From the NCBI GenBank assembly GCA_963714095.1, contig OY970230.1, positions 724,103 to 788,102 on the forward strand: a stretch of 64,000 nucleotides of DNA. Direction: 5' to 3'. Below the pieces are notes generated by a model. It was not told where the DNA came from and did no database searches. It was given only the letters and a program-made list of their open reading frames with translations. Below are positions 32,751 to 42,288 of the stretch, piece after piece. The stretch's first letter is position 1. Each line of letters starts with the position of its first letter. The translations under genes and the position numbers were made by a program. Source of the stretch: Candidatus Gottesmanbacteria bacterium (GTDB lineage: Bacteria; Patescibacteriota; Microgenomatia; UBA10105; UBA927).

Positions 32751-33062
32751 ATGGTCGGTAATTCTCCTGAAAATATAAGTAGACCTGCCTTGGATGACAT
32801 AGTAAAAATAGCGGTGTCTGCGGAATACGGAAAGTATGTCGCATTAAAATTTGGGTTGTTTGGGGGTAATGAAGATGCTGTCAGGGAAGCCTATGGTGAG
32901 TATATTGCTGGCAGAGAAATAGGTGAGCCGTTGGTAGAAAAAGCAGAGACAAAATTTTTCAGGTTAACCGGATTTTCAGCCTCAGATATCTATAAAAAAG
33001 CTCAGCAGGCGCATCTTCAATTGGAGCAAAAGAACGTCATGCGTCCTCTTGACAACCAATGA
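32751..33062 (+). CDS. hypothetical protein
   Basis: 103-aa ORF with no recognisable motif. Confidence 0.3.
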   Translation: MVGNSPENISRPALDDIVKIAVSAEYGKYVALKFGLFGGNEDAVREAYGEYIAGREIGEPLVEKAETKFFRLTGFSASDIYKKAQQAHLQLEQKNVMRPLDNQ

Positions 33063-33102
33063 TTCATACAGGATACTGAAAGAGAGTTGATTTCTTTTCC
33101 GT

Positions 33103-33732
33103 ATGAAATTTGGTTCTAAATACCTCGGACAATCACTGGCGCTCGGGATGATGGTTGTTGTATTGGCTGGTACCGTTGTGGCCATTACGCAAATGGGAAG
33201 TCAGGATATCCGGGGAAGGGCAGCAAGCAGCGGACAGTATCCTTCACCAACACCATTTATGTGGATGCCCAATGGGCAAAACTGCACAAGCTGTGGTTGT
33301 AACTGTTGTGCCAGCGGAGACTCATTGAATGGTGTTTGTCTATCCCCCTGTGATTTTGATGCGAAGAAACCCCCATCGATGCCCACTGTACAATGTGACG
33401 CAACACCAACTCCCACCCCCACTCCAGTATATTGTCAACATATGTGCGTGCAGCCATCAGCATGTGCTAACTTTGTGCCAGGATATTGTACCAACAATGC
33501 TGTATGTTGTACGATCATAAGTCTTACCCCTACTCCTACTCCCGCATGTGTTGTGGGTAAAACAAAAGGCTGTGTTACACCTAATGGTGCCGCAGGTAAT
33601 ATTGTATGTGTTAGTCCGGGCGTCTGGAATACGAGTAGTTGTCAGAGCATACAATGCTCGTTGACGTGTAAGACAACTGCAGATTGTTGTAACGGTTATA
33701 ACTGTAAAAACGGCGGGTGTCAAAAGAACTAA
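33103..33732 (+). CDS. secreted cysteine-rich protein with TPTPTP linkers
   Basis: N-terminal signal/anchor. About 30 Cys in 170 aa. Thr-Pro repeat spacers. Confidence 0.45.
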   Translation: MKFGSKYLGQSLALGMMVVVLAGTVVAITQMGSQDIRGRAASSGQYPSPTPFMWMPNGQNCTSCGCNCCASGDSLNGVCLSPCDFDAKKPPSMPTVQCDATPTPTPTPVYCQHMCVQPSACANFVPGYCTNNAVCCTIISLTPTPTPACVVGKTKGCVTPNGAAGNIVCVSPGVWNTSSCQSIQCSLTCKTTADCCNGYNCKNGGCQKN

Positions 33733-33750
33733 CGTCTAGTCGCTCCGTTC

Positions 33751-33779
33751 TTGCCTCGAAGCCGCACTTCCTGTATAAT
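33751..33779 (+). promoter_or_regulatory. sigma70-like promoter for rpsA (TTGCCT, 17-nt spacer, TATAAT)
   Basis: Hexamers and spacing read directly, about 35 nt upstream of the rpsA start. Confidence 0.4.
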
Positions 33780-33811
33780 ATCCAGTATCCTAATGAAAGC
33801 AGGTACTATGA

Positions 33812-34927
33812 ATGGCAAAAGCAACAAAATCTTCATCTAAAACCCCAGTTCCCCAGACAATGGAGGAGCTTCTTGCAAGCACAGCCTATACCCTCAAAGG
33901 TGTGAAAAAAGGCGATGTCGTGGAGGGGAAAATCACGCGCATATCCCGGAAAGAAATGACCATAGATATCGGTGGCAAGACTGAGGGTGTTGTTATTGAC
34001 CGTGAGCTTGAAACGTACCGCGATATGCTCATGGCACTGCATGTTGGTGATACGGTTGTGGCGCAGGTGATCGTTGCCGAAAACGACCGCGGGCAGTCGG
34101 TTTTATCGCTGCGCCGCAGCATCTTTGAAAAACGATGGGCAGCGCTTACTGAGAAGCAGAAGAGTGGGGAAGTGGTCGAGGTTACTCTCAAAGAGCCGGT
34201 TCGCGGGGGAATTCTGGTCGACTACGGTGGGCTCCGTGGATATATTCCGCAATCACAACTGGATTCGGCGACTGTGAAGGGAATGGATAAGATGATCAAC
34301 CGCAGGACGCAGGCAAAAGTCGTTGAGGTGGACCGCGATACAAATCGGCTGGTATTCTCGCAGCGCGCAGTCACCGAAGGAGCTGCCCTTGCCAAGCAAA
34401 AAGATGTATTATCCGCCCTTACCGTGGGGGACACAGTACAGGCAACTATCACCGGTGTCGTACCTTTTGGTGCATTTGCAAAGCTGAAAGTGACCAAAGA
34501 CAAGGAAGAACACGAAGTCGAAGGACTCATTCATATTTCCGAAATCGCATGGGAAAAAGTTGAAGACGTGAACCAGTATCTTAAAACCGGTGATAACATA
34601 AAAGTGAAAATCATAGGTATTGATGCGGCATCGGGGAAGCTGACGCTGTCCCTCAAACAACTGCTGCCCGATCCGTGGGAGCATGTGCTTGATATGTTTG
34701 AGAAGGATTCGATGGTTAAAGGCAAAGTGTCACGCGTCTCTCCGTACGGCATTTTTGTGATTCTTTCGCCCGGAATTGAGGGCCTCATTCATATCAGTAA
34801 AATTTCCCTCGGTGAGGAACCTAAAAGTGGGGATGAAATTCAGTGTATTATCGAAGACATCAAACCCGAACAGCGCAAAATCAGCCTCTCCATGACCCTT
34901 ACCGAAAAGCCGATTGGCTATAGGTAA
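33812..34927 (+). CDS. rpsA: 30S ribosomal protein S1 (four S1 domains)
   Basis: Repeated S1 OB-fold modules. 371 aa, a short-form S1. Confidence 0.85.
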   Translation: MAKATKSSSKTPVPQTMEELLASTAYTLKGVKKGDVVEGKITRISRKEMTIDIGGKTEGVVIDRELETYRDMLMALHVGDTVVAQVIVAENDRGQSVLSLRRSIFEKRWAALTEKQKSGEVVEVTLKEPVRGGILVDYGGLRGYIPQSQLDSATVKGMDKMINRRTQAKVVEVDRDTNRLVFSQRAVTEGAALAKQKDVLSALTVGDTVQATITGVVPFGAFAKLKVTKDKEEHEVEGLIHISEIAWEKVEDVNQYLKTGDNIKVKIIGIDAASGKLTLSLKQLLPDPWEHVLDMFEKDSMVKGKVSRVSPYGIFVILSPGIEGLIHISKISLGEEPKSGDEIQCIIEDIKPEQRKISLSMTLTEKPIGYR

Positions 34928-34944
34928 GGTATAATTTATTAGTT

Positions 34945-35244
34945 ATGGTATCTGAAGGACTTAGACCGATTGTTTATGTTGGTAGCAGCGGAGAGATTTC
35001 TCTTGTTGCTCAGCAAAAAACTCCATTGTCAAAAGAAGCCGTCCAGGCATTAGGGGAAGCAGTTTTGACGAGGGTAAATCCCGAGAAACAAGATCATATA
35101 AAAGCCGCTCACAAGCTAGACCGATTGAGCGCTGAGGCCGGGTTATTAACGACCGACGGGAAAGCAGAATTATTATCCCCCAGAAGATTTTCGAAATTGG
35201 ATTCATGCGGGGGATATGAGTCACAACCCATGGAAGCAGCTTGA
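34945..35244 (+). CDS. hypothetical protein
   Basis: 99-aa ORF. Confidence 0.3.
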   Translation: MVSEGLRPIVYVGSSGEISLVAQQKTPLSKEAVQALGEAVLTRVNPEKQDHIKAAHKLDRLSAEAGLLTTDGKAELLSPRRFSKLDSCGGYESQPMEAA

Positions 35245-35641
35245 TTTTATTGGAAGAAAGCCTGGCGAATACAAGGGTTTTGTTAATACATATAGAATGG
35301 ATCGCGGCAATAAAACAGCGTTATTAGAGCACGGAACGTTGCAAAACCCCAAGGCTCTCGGTGAAGAAATAGAATGGTATGTTCCAGAAGGAATAAAAGA
35401 ACTCGAAGAAAGCGCAATTACGAAGCAAATGTCAGACAGATTTAAACAGGGCACAGATTATATTGTCCATTGGGCTGATGCAGATGATATAACACCTAAG
35501 GATGAAGCATTATTGAAGCGACTTGGATTCGCCCGGGCATATCAGGATCACTATATGGGTGAAGTAAGTGAGAGTATTTGTTTTTCTGTTGATCGGCCAA
35601 CATTTGCCGAGGCGCTTTTACAAAAAATGGTAATGAAGTAA
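35216..35641 (+). CDS. hypothetical protein
   Basis: 141-aa ORF overlapping the previous one by 29 nt. Confidence 0.3.
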   Translation: MSHNPWKQLDFIGRKPGEYKGFVNTYRMDRGNKTALLEHGTLQNPKALGEEIEWYVPEGIKELEESAITKQMSDRFKQGTDYIVHWADADDITPKDEALLKRLGFARAYQDHYMGEVSESICFSVDRPTFAEALLQKMVMK

Positions 35642-35684
35642 TCTTCTTTATACATTTAATTGATTTTGATATAGAATAACCCCA

Positions 35685-36989
35685 ATGAAACTCCGGACAT
35701 CGTACATTTGCCAGCAGTGCGGGTTTGAGAGCCCCAGTTGGTACGGGAAGTGCCCCAATTGCGGGGAGTGGAATACGCTCGTTGAAACGGTAAAAGAGGT
35801 AGGGTCAGCAAACAGTAAACAGAGGATAGAGAATAGAAATGCTGCAAAGCCGCAAAAATTATCGGAAGTGCGGCATATTGAAAAAAATAGATTAAAAAGT
35901 GGGTTTGCGGAATTTGACCGTGTGATGGGCGGGGGGATTGTGCCTGGGTCGGTGACATTACTGGCGGGAGATCCGGGAATCGGAAAATCTACGTTACTTC
36001 TTCATGTGATAGCCAAATCCGGCGGGTTGTATGTGTCCGGCGAGGAGTCAGCGGAGCAAATAAAGCTACGCGCCAAACGCCTGGGAGTAGAAGGCACAAA
36101 TATCAGCATCCTTTCGGAAACGTCCGTAGAATCGATTGCAGCTTCTTTGGAAACGAGCGTAGATAAGAGTCTCGTAATCATCGATTCTATTCAGACGCTG
36201 TCGTCAGCGGATTTAGACGGAATGGCCGGATCGGTCGGACAAATCCGGCACTGCGCGGAAGTTTTGGTGGGTGTTGCAAAAAGCAAAGGGATTCCGATGA
36301 TGATTATCGGCCACGTGACGAAGGAGGGAACGATAGCCGGGCCGAAAGTGCTCGAACATATGGTCGATACCGTCCTGTATCTGGAAGGAGAACGGTTTGC
36401 TAATGCAAGAATCTTGCGGACCTACAAAAACCGGTTCGGTGCAATTGAAGAGGTGGGAATTTTTGAAATGGATGAGAAAGGACTGAAAGAGATATCCAAT
36501 CCATCCGCTCTATTTCTTCAAGACCGGGTAAAAAATGTTGCCGGATCTGCGGTGACCGTTGTTATGGAGGGAACCCGTCCGATGCTCATTGAAATTCAGG
36601 CGTTGGCGGTCGCGTCAGCACTTGCCATGCCGAGACGCATAGCAAATGGTATTGATTACAACCGTTTGCAACTATTGGTTGCCATTTTACAGAAACGGTT
36701 GAATATTCCACTGGGAAGTTTTGACGTATTCGTGAATGTCTCCGGCGGGATGAAGATTGAGGAACCGGCAGCAGATTTGGCCGTCGCTCTTGCCATTATC
36801 AGTTCGTTTAAGAATAAGCCCTTGGATCCTAGGACCGCGGTCTTCGGCGAGGTGGGCCTCCTCGGGGAGGTCCGCTCTATCGGTTCGGATGAGCGCCGGA
36901 CAAAAGAGGCTAAACGACTTGGTTTTACGACGGTAATTTCTCCGAAATCCGTCCGCAACCTGAGACAGGCAGAATCCATATTGAAATAA
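35685..36989 (+). CDS. radA: DNA repair protein RadA (Sms)
   Basis: N-terminal C4 zinc finger CQQCG...CPNCGEW. Walker A GDPGIGKST and the RadA-specific KNRFG motif. Lon-like C-terminus. Confidence 0.9.
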   Translation: MKLRTSYICQQCGFESPSWYGKCPNCGEWNTLVETVKEVGSANSKQRIENRNAAKPQKLSEVRHIEKNRLKSGFAEFDRVMGGGIVPGSVTLLAGDPGIGKSTLLLHVIAKSGGLYVSGEESAEQIKLRAKRLGVEGTNISILSETSVESIAASLETSVDKSLVIIDSIQTLSSADLDGMAGSVGQIRHCAEVLVGVAKSKGIPMMIIGHVTKEGTIAGPKVLEHMVDTVLYLEGERFANARILRTYKNRFGAIEEVGIFEMDEKGLKEISNPSALFLQDRVKNVAGSAVTVVMEGTRPMLIEIQALAVASALAMPRRIANGIDYNRLQLLVAILQKRLNIPLGSFDVFVNVSGGMKIEEPAADLAVALAIISSFKNKPLDPRTAVFGEVGLLGEVRSIGSDERRTKEAKRLGFTTVISPKSVRNLRQAESILK

Positions 36990-37010
36990 TGTTCATGATA
37001 TACTCATTAC

Positions 37011-37706
37011 ATGACCATATCTGTTGTTATTCCTGCCTATAACGAAGAGAAATATTTGCCGCGGACGATTGAATCACTGAAAAAATTAGATCGTAAACCG
37101 GATGAAATTATAGTTGTCGATGGCGGATCGACAGACAAAACCGCTGATATTGCCCGTCACCACGGCGCAATTGTGATTACTGTTGCTCACCGTGGAATCG
37201 GATTTGCGCGGGATAAGGGGCTGCAAAAAGCAACCTGCGATATTATTGCGTTTACCGATGCCGATACGGTAGTGCCGCGGGATTGGCTCACCAAAATTGA
37301 AGAAACATTGTCACGCCCGGGCGTCGTGGGGGTATTCGGTACATTCCGCGTACCGGACGGCTGGTGGGTGTACCGTTGGTATGTTAACTACTTTCAACCG
37401 TGGCTTAACCAGCTGTATTATTGGTTGGGAATTCCCATGGCAGCAGGCCAAAATATTGCATTTTTGCGGAAAATCGGACGCGCGGTCGGCGGATTTCCCG
37501 AGGATTATAAAATTGCGGAAGATATTGAAATGGCGACGCGTCTCAAAAAAGCAGGCAAAGTAATATTGCGGCAGGATCTTATTGTTTCCAGTTCGGGACG
37601 GCGGGGCAATGAAGGATTTAGCATGATGACGCGCGTCTTTAAAGCTTTTTTCCTCTATTTCATTTTCAAAAAAGCTAATAAGATAGGTTTCCCCGACATG
37701 CGGTAA
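37011..37706 (+). CDS. glycosyltransferase family 2
   Basis: N-terminus VVIPAYNEEKYL and a DAD motif. Confidence 0.7.
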   Translation: MTISVVIPAYNEEKYLPRTIESLKKLDRKPDEIIVVDGGSTDKTADIARHHGAIVITVAHRGIGFARDKGLQKATCDIIAFTDADTVVPRDWLTKIEETLSRPGVVGVFGTFRVPDGWWVYRWYVNYFQPWLNQLYYWLGIPMAAGQNIAFLRKIGRAVGGFPEDYKIAEDIEMATRLKKAGKVILRQDLIVSSSGRRGNEGFSMMTRVFKAFFLYFIFKKANKIGFPDMR

Positions 37707-37745
37707 CCCACAGCTATTCTTCAGGAAATTTGTGGTACAATTCGG

Positions 37746-38561
37746 GTGGTGAAAAGCAAAAAGAACTTATTGAAGGAATCCGCGAAACCGGTTCCTGCAG
37801 TGCCTATCGGTGCAAAGCCGCCGGCGGAGTTTACGAAGGCATTGGCTGCCGAGATCGTCAAAAACCTCACATCCATCGGCCGTTTTACCACGCGCCCCTT
37901 TATCCGCCACAAAAATACCGATGTAATCTCCGTCAAAGAGGAACTGTTGGGCGAGTATCCGGTTCTTGTGGATACCAGCGTCCTAATTGACGGCAGGATC
38001 CTCCCGATTGCCAATAGCGGATTTATCACGGGAACACTGGTTATTCCGCAATTCATTTTAGGGGAATTGCAGCATATAGCCGATTCCGAGGATAGTTTGC
38101 GCCGGGCCAAGGGCAGACGGGGCCTGGATATCATCAACAAACTCAAAGGCCAGAAGGTTAATAAGCTTCTGCACGTCAAATTCATATCCACGGACCCTGT
38201 CGATGTGAAAGAGGTTGACGCAAAGCTTGTCGCCCTTGCGAGGCGGTGGGCGAGTCAGAAAGTGCGGCTTCTGACCGTGGATTTTAATTTGGCGCACGTG
38301 GCCCGTGTCCAGGGGGTTAAAATATTGAATGTCAACGATATCGCCCAGGCACTCAAATTATCGCTCATGCCGGGAGAAGAGTTTACCGTGCGCGTGACCC
38401 ATGAGGGCAAGGAGCGCGCGCAGGGAGTCGGTTATTTAGCAGACGGCACCATGGTGGTCGTCGACAACGCCCGTGACCGTGTAGGAATGGATTTGGTGGT
38501 TATTGTCACCAAAGTCCACCAGACCGCAGCCGGCCAGCTATTCTTCGCACGGATGAAGTAG
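37746..38561 (+). CDS. PIN and TRAM domain protein (YacL-like)
   Basis: PIN acidic residues (VLVDTSVLIDGRI). C-terminal TRAM-like beta barrel (GEEFTVRVTHEGKERAQGVGYL). The radA-adjacent synteny is as in Firmicutes. Confidence 0.6.
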   Translation: MVKSKKNLLKESAKPVPAVPIGAKPPAEFTKALAAEIVKNLTSIGRFTTRPFIRHKNTDVISVKEELLGEYPVLVDTSVLIDGRILPIANSGFITGTLVIPQFILGELQHIADSEDSLRRAKGRRGLDIINKLKGQKVNKLLHVKFISTDPVDVKEVDAKLVALARRWASQKVRLLTVDFNLAHVARVQGVKILNVNDIAQALKLSLMPGEEFTVRVTHEGKERAQGVGYLADGTMVVVDNARDRVGMDLVVIVTKVHQTAAGQLFFARMK

Positions 38562-38800
38562 CCTCGTTTACAATTTTTAACTTTTCGCGTCCCGTACACG
38601 GGTTCCCATCTCAAAGTAAAAAATTGTAAACTTCATGTATAGTAAGTTATCCAAGAGTTATCCACAATTATTTCATAGAAAAAATATAGAGCGCTAAAAC
38701 GTGCTGTTTAATACAAAATAAACTATAAGTTATTGATATTTCAGTAAGTAAAAAACCTATGGGTCTTGACACGCGGCAGCGGGCGTGATTGAATGGGACT

Positions 38801-38959
38801 ATGAAGATGAAACTTTTATTACAGCGAATGGGTTTGGGTAGCAAAGCAGAGCGTAAATCTCCGATAGCCCTCGAGCGGGAGCGATTTGAAGCAGAGGTGA
38901 AGGATCAGTTTAAAAAACTGAAGGATAAAGGGCTAAGTATACCGGTGTTTACTTTATAG
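38801..38959 (+). CDS. candidate small protein (52 aa), possibly leaderless
   Basis: ORF MKMKLLLQRMGLGSKAERKSPIALERERFEAEVKDQFKKLKDKGLSIPVFTL, below the 60-aa track cut-off. A perfect TTGACA -35 and an extended TG-n-TTGAAT -10 end 6 nt before the ATG. Confidence 0.25.
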   Translation: MKMKLLLQRMGLGSKAERKSPIALERERFEAEVKDQFKKLKDKGLSIPVFTL

Positions 38960-39404
38960 GGAAAAAAAAGCATCACTACCGCTAGACATGGTTAGGCTAC
39001 GAGTAGTAATGCCTTTTAGTGTAGGTATCATTTTTTGGGCAAAAGAATAATACCTAAGTGACAACGTATCAGTGCATACGTTTGTTGTCAAATAAATAAT
39101 TGAAGCTAAATTTCTTCTTTAGCCCGTTCGGTCGGGGTATTTGTACTTTTTAAAATTGTTATATCTTTTCCCCAGTTTTTTTATATTTTTTCCCACACAG
39201 TTGTTACGAATTTCTACGATGCAATATTCCGGTTGACAAGAATTAATTATCGATATACAATCGCGACGAGTCGGGCTAAAGATAAATTTCTGAGCAAGAA
39301 AAATGTCATTGAACAAATCGCGCGCCAGTTCTGTTTTGTAATGGGGGATTGATAGTTGGGCAGGCTGTCAATCTCCCTTAGAGAGCAGAACAACGCGCGA
39401 TTTT

Positions 39405-41042
39405 TTATTGGGTGAGCAAGTTGAGGAGATGTTCTCTCGAATACCGGCCGACATTTTGGAAAATCAGCACCGTTGGATGGTCAAAAACCTGGATAGATTC
39501 TTCCGCAATATCATCATTGACGGCGATTCCGAATAACTGGGGGTAGGAGGTAAACCTGCCTACTTCTTTGTATCCTAATGAACCGTCCAGCAGTCGCTGA
39601 TAAAACAATTTCGTCAGGGGGTATTTACCTCCTAAATACGGCATCGTTGCCCACATACGGCGTGTTGAGAGGATAATGAAATCTCCGACAACGAGTTTAT
39701 CGGCGTAGTAATTCTTTTTCGCATCGTTGTCTTCGTCATAGACCGTCAACAGTTCGCGGTTATACGAAATTTCACCAGGCAAATCTAACGGGAGACCGTC
39801 ATTCCAATGTTCCGTATAAATTTTGGCGCCGGCGGGGATATGGGCAAAAATCCACTCAGAAGCAGTAAAGCGTGTCTGCGGCCGCAGATATACGGTCCAG
39901 TTGGCCAACCCCCACAAAAAAGTAATGTTAAGTAAAAGAAGAGTGATGGCGACGCCGGAAACACGAAAGCGTTTTGTAAACGCGACACAAAGCCATGACG
40001 CGGCAATGGTTATAAACGGTAGAAACGGCACGTTATAGCGGTTAAACTTAGCAAACCACGAACCTACCCAGCCAAAATAGATGAGGGGAAAGATGAGAAA
40101 TACAGAATAGCCAATAGCCAAGGGTGAATGGGAAAATTTTTTTAGTTTTGTGAGTATTTGAATAACAATGACGATCAGTCCGATCATTCCGATGATGGAC
40201 AACGGTCCTGCCTGCCAGAGCATGGTTTCAATTTGGAAGAGGTACGGGGTGGTATGCAGAAATTGGAGCGTGTAGGGTACCGTAAAACGCCCCAGGGCCA
40301 CTCCGGATTCATACGTCATGGATTCGTAAAAATGACTGAAGTCTAAGAGCGTATACGGGGAAAAAAGAAAGAAAATGACACCGGCAATACCGCCAAGTAC
40401 CAATGTCGAGAGAATTTTTTTGGAGAGATGTTTGAAAAAACCATGCGGGAGCCAGATAGCCGAAAGGGGAATGAGGCCAAAGAGTAAACTGGTCGTTTTC
40501 GCCGCGAGTGCAAGACCCCAAACGAAGCCAAGTACTGCAATATTTTTTTTAGATATTTTTCTTGCGGCCAGAAGAAGTAAAAGAATAAAAAATACTAACA
40601 TGGTTTCCGTTGTTTCGAAATGTGCCTGTTGGATGGCCCAAGGGGAGAATGTAAGAAATGTCGCTGAGAGAACTCCGATTACGGGAGAAAAATACGCGGC
40701 ACCGGCCAGATAGATAAGCAAAATACTGAGAGTCGAGAGTGTCGCCGAGACGTATCGTCCGATGACGGCAATCCGGCCCCAATCCGTGAGCCACTGTGGA
40801 TTATGCGTTATTGCAACGACCCCTTCACCAAGCGCGCGGTAGAGATACACAGGCAATCCCCCGTAGGCGAAAAACTTCGGATTCAGCTGATCGAAAAAAT
40901 GGATCCGTGTGACGGCCCAGCTAATATTTCGTTCATCAGGATGGAAAGCCCCGTACGAATCCCAGTTGACGTTGGTGAGTCGGAGAATCCCGCCGACGAA
41001 CATAATGAAAATAAGAAGAATAAGAATATGTCCTTTTTTCAT
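39405..41042 (-). CDS. GT-C fold membrane glycosyltransferase (ArnT/PMT, GT39/83-like)
   Basis: 545 aa, at least 11 TM helices. First-loop acidic motif HPDER. Translationally coupled to the flavoenzyme gene upstream. Confidence 0.55.
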   Translation of the reverse strand: MKKGHILILLIFIMFVGGILRLTNVNWDSYGAFHPDERNISWAVTRIHFFDQLNPKFFAYGGLPVYLYRALGEGVVAITHNPQWLTDWGRIAVIGRYVSATLSTLSILLIYLAGAAYFSPVIGVLSATFLTFSPWAIQQAHFETTETMLVFFILLLLLAARKISKKNIAVLGFVWGLALAAKTTSLLFGLIPLSAIWLPHGFFKHLSKKILSTLVLGGIAGVIFFLFSPYTLLDFSHFYESMTYESGVALGRFTVPYTLQFLHTTPYLFQIETMLWQAGPLSIIGMIGLIVIVIQILTKLKKFSHSPLAIGYSVFLIFPLIYFGWVGSWFAKFNRYNVPFLPFITIAASWLCVAFTKRFRVSGVAITLLLLNITFLWGLANWTVYLRPQTRFTASEWIFAHIPAGAKIYTEHWNDGLPLDLPGEISYNRELLTVYDEDNDAKKNYYADKLVVGDFIILSTRRMWATMPYLGGKYPLTKLFYQRLLDGSLGYKEVGRFTSYPQLFGIAVNDDIAEESIQVFDHPTVLIFQNVGRYSREHLLNLLTQ

Positions 41043-42259
41043 TGTGCGAGAATTTTTTTTGCCGCGTTTATCCCTAATTCTACCGCATAATTGGTGCCTC
41101 GGTCCCAGGGGACAATGCTGTCCATGTTGGCGAGGTACACGTTTGGAATTGCGGTCACAAAACTTGGCGTGCGGGAGGAATAGTGAAGTTGGTGGACCGG
41201 TTGGGCAAAGGGAGCGGTAAACATAAATGAATTATAAATTTTGAATGGTGAACTGCGGGTTAAACGCTTAACGAACGGAAGAAAAACTTTCAACAATTGC
41301 TCTTTGGTCATCAATAAATATTTGTGTCCCTCCGGCAGGTAGTTGCCAAAATACGTGAGGTGGTGACCGCCGTAGTCTTTAGTATCCATAAAATTCGTGT
41401 GCGCCACTGCTGCCAAAAACGGGAATTTACGGTCGGTGATACTCAGCCAGTACACATCTGTAAGAATCGGTTTATCGGTTTCAAGAATTAACGTTTGGGC
41501 CCAGAGATGGGGGATGGGGCTAAACTGAATATCCTGATAGAGGTTTTTTGCTGTTTCGCTTGGAACGGTGAGTAAAACGGTATCAAAACCCGACAGGCTA
41601 CTCACCGATGCAACCCTTGTGTTTGTGTGAATAGTCCCGCCTTGTTTTTTAATAGCGCTTTCGAGCGCGTCTATGAGAGTTTTGAACCCTCCTTCCATGT
41701 ACATCAAATTTGCCGTGCGTTTTTTAATGCGTGCCCAAAACCACGCGGCTTGAACACGTGGCGCGAAATCACCGAATTTTCCGACAAGGAGTGGCTCCCA
41801 AAGTACTGTGTATGCACGGTTTCCGCCTATTGAGGTTAAAAGTTGTTCAGCGGTGAAATTTTCTAATGGTTTCCAAAACGGCGTGATTTTTAAGTAAGCA
41901 AGAAGCGCCGCAGTACGCAACTTATCAGAAATTGAGAGCCCCGGAAATCGCAGGAGATGTAGCGGGGAATCGAGCTGGTACGGTTTCCCGTTATAGAGAT
42001 TCGCCGTCACAGGACGCGTGATGATGATTTTATTTGTAAGTCCTAATTCTTTGATTAATTTGAGTACCGTACGGTCATTGGTAAACCAGTGATGGTAGGT
42101 ATTTTCGAGGTACCAATTCCAACCCGGTTTTTTGAATCCATATGCCAGCCCACCCAATACAGGCCCGGATTCAAAAAGCGTGACCTTGTGTCCGCGGCGG
42201 GTTAGCGTGTAAGCGGCGGATAAACCAGTGAACCCCCCGCCGATAACTGCAATATGCAT
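41039..42259 (-). CDS. FAD-dependent flavoenzyme, UDP-galactopyranose mutase-like
   Basis: N-terminal Rossmann fold VIGGGFTGLSAA. HHWFTND resembles the Glf HIFHTN motif. 406 aa. Confidence 0.45.
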   Translation of the reverse strand: MHIAVIGGGFTGLSAAYTLTRRGHKVTLFESGPVLGGLAYGFKKPGWNWYLENTYHHWFTNDRTVLKLIKELGLTNKIIITRPVTANLYNGKPYQLDSPLHLLRFPGLSISDKLRTAALLAYLKITPFWKPLENFTAEQLLTSIGGNRAYTVLWEPLLVGKFGDFAPRVQAAWFWARIKKRTANLMYMEGGFKTLIDALESAIKKQGGTIHTNTRVASVSSLSGFDTVLLTVPSETAKNLYQDIQFSPIPHLWAQTLILETDKPILTDVYWLSITDRKFPFLAAVAHTNFMDTKDYGGHHLTYFGNYLPEGHKYLLMTKEQLLKVFLPFVKRLTRSSPFKIYNSFMFTAPFAQPVHQLHYSSRTPSFVTAIPNVYLANMDSIVPWDRGTNYAVELGINAAKKILAQ

Positions 42260-42288
42260 GAGAAGATTGTAGCATTTTATTTCCGTTT

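Noticed and set aside
38647-38666. Two DnaA-box-like 9-mers, suggesting a replication origin.
   Set aside because: Only two boxes are present. No dnaA/dnaN are nearby and there is no clear strand-bias switch in the window. They are reported only as part of the intergenic-region finding.
39119-39316. 65-aa minus-strand ORF in the AT-rich intergenic region.
   Set aside because: Low-complexity composition, no RBS, and it overlaps the inverted-repeat element. Likely non-coding.
38562-39404. Possibility that the long intergenic region holds an RNase P RNA, SRP RNA or 6S RNA.
   Set aside because: I did not find the conserved P4/CR-I/CR-V sequences of RNase P, nor an SRP domain-IV motif. Left open pending a covariance-model scan.
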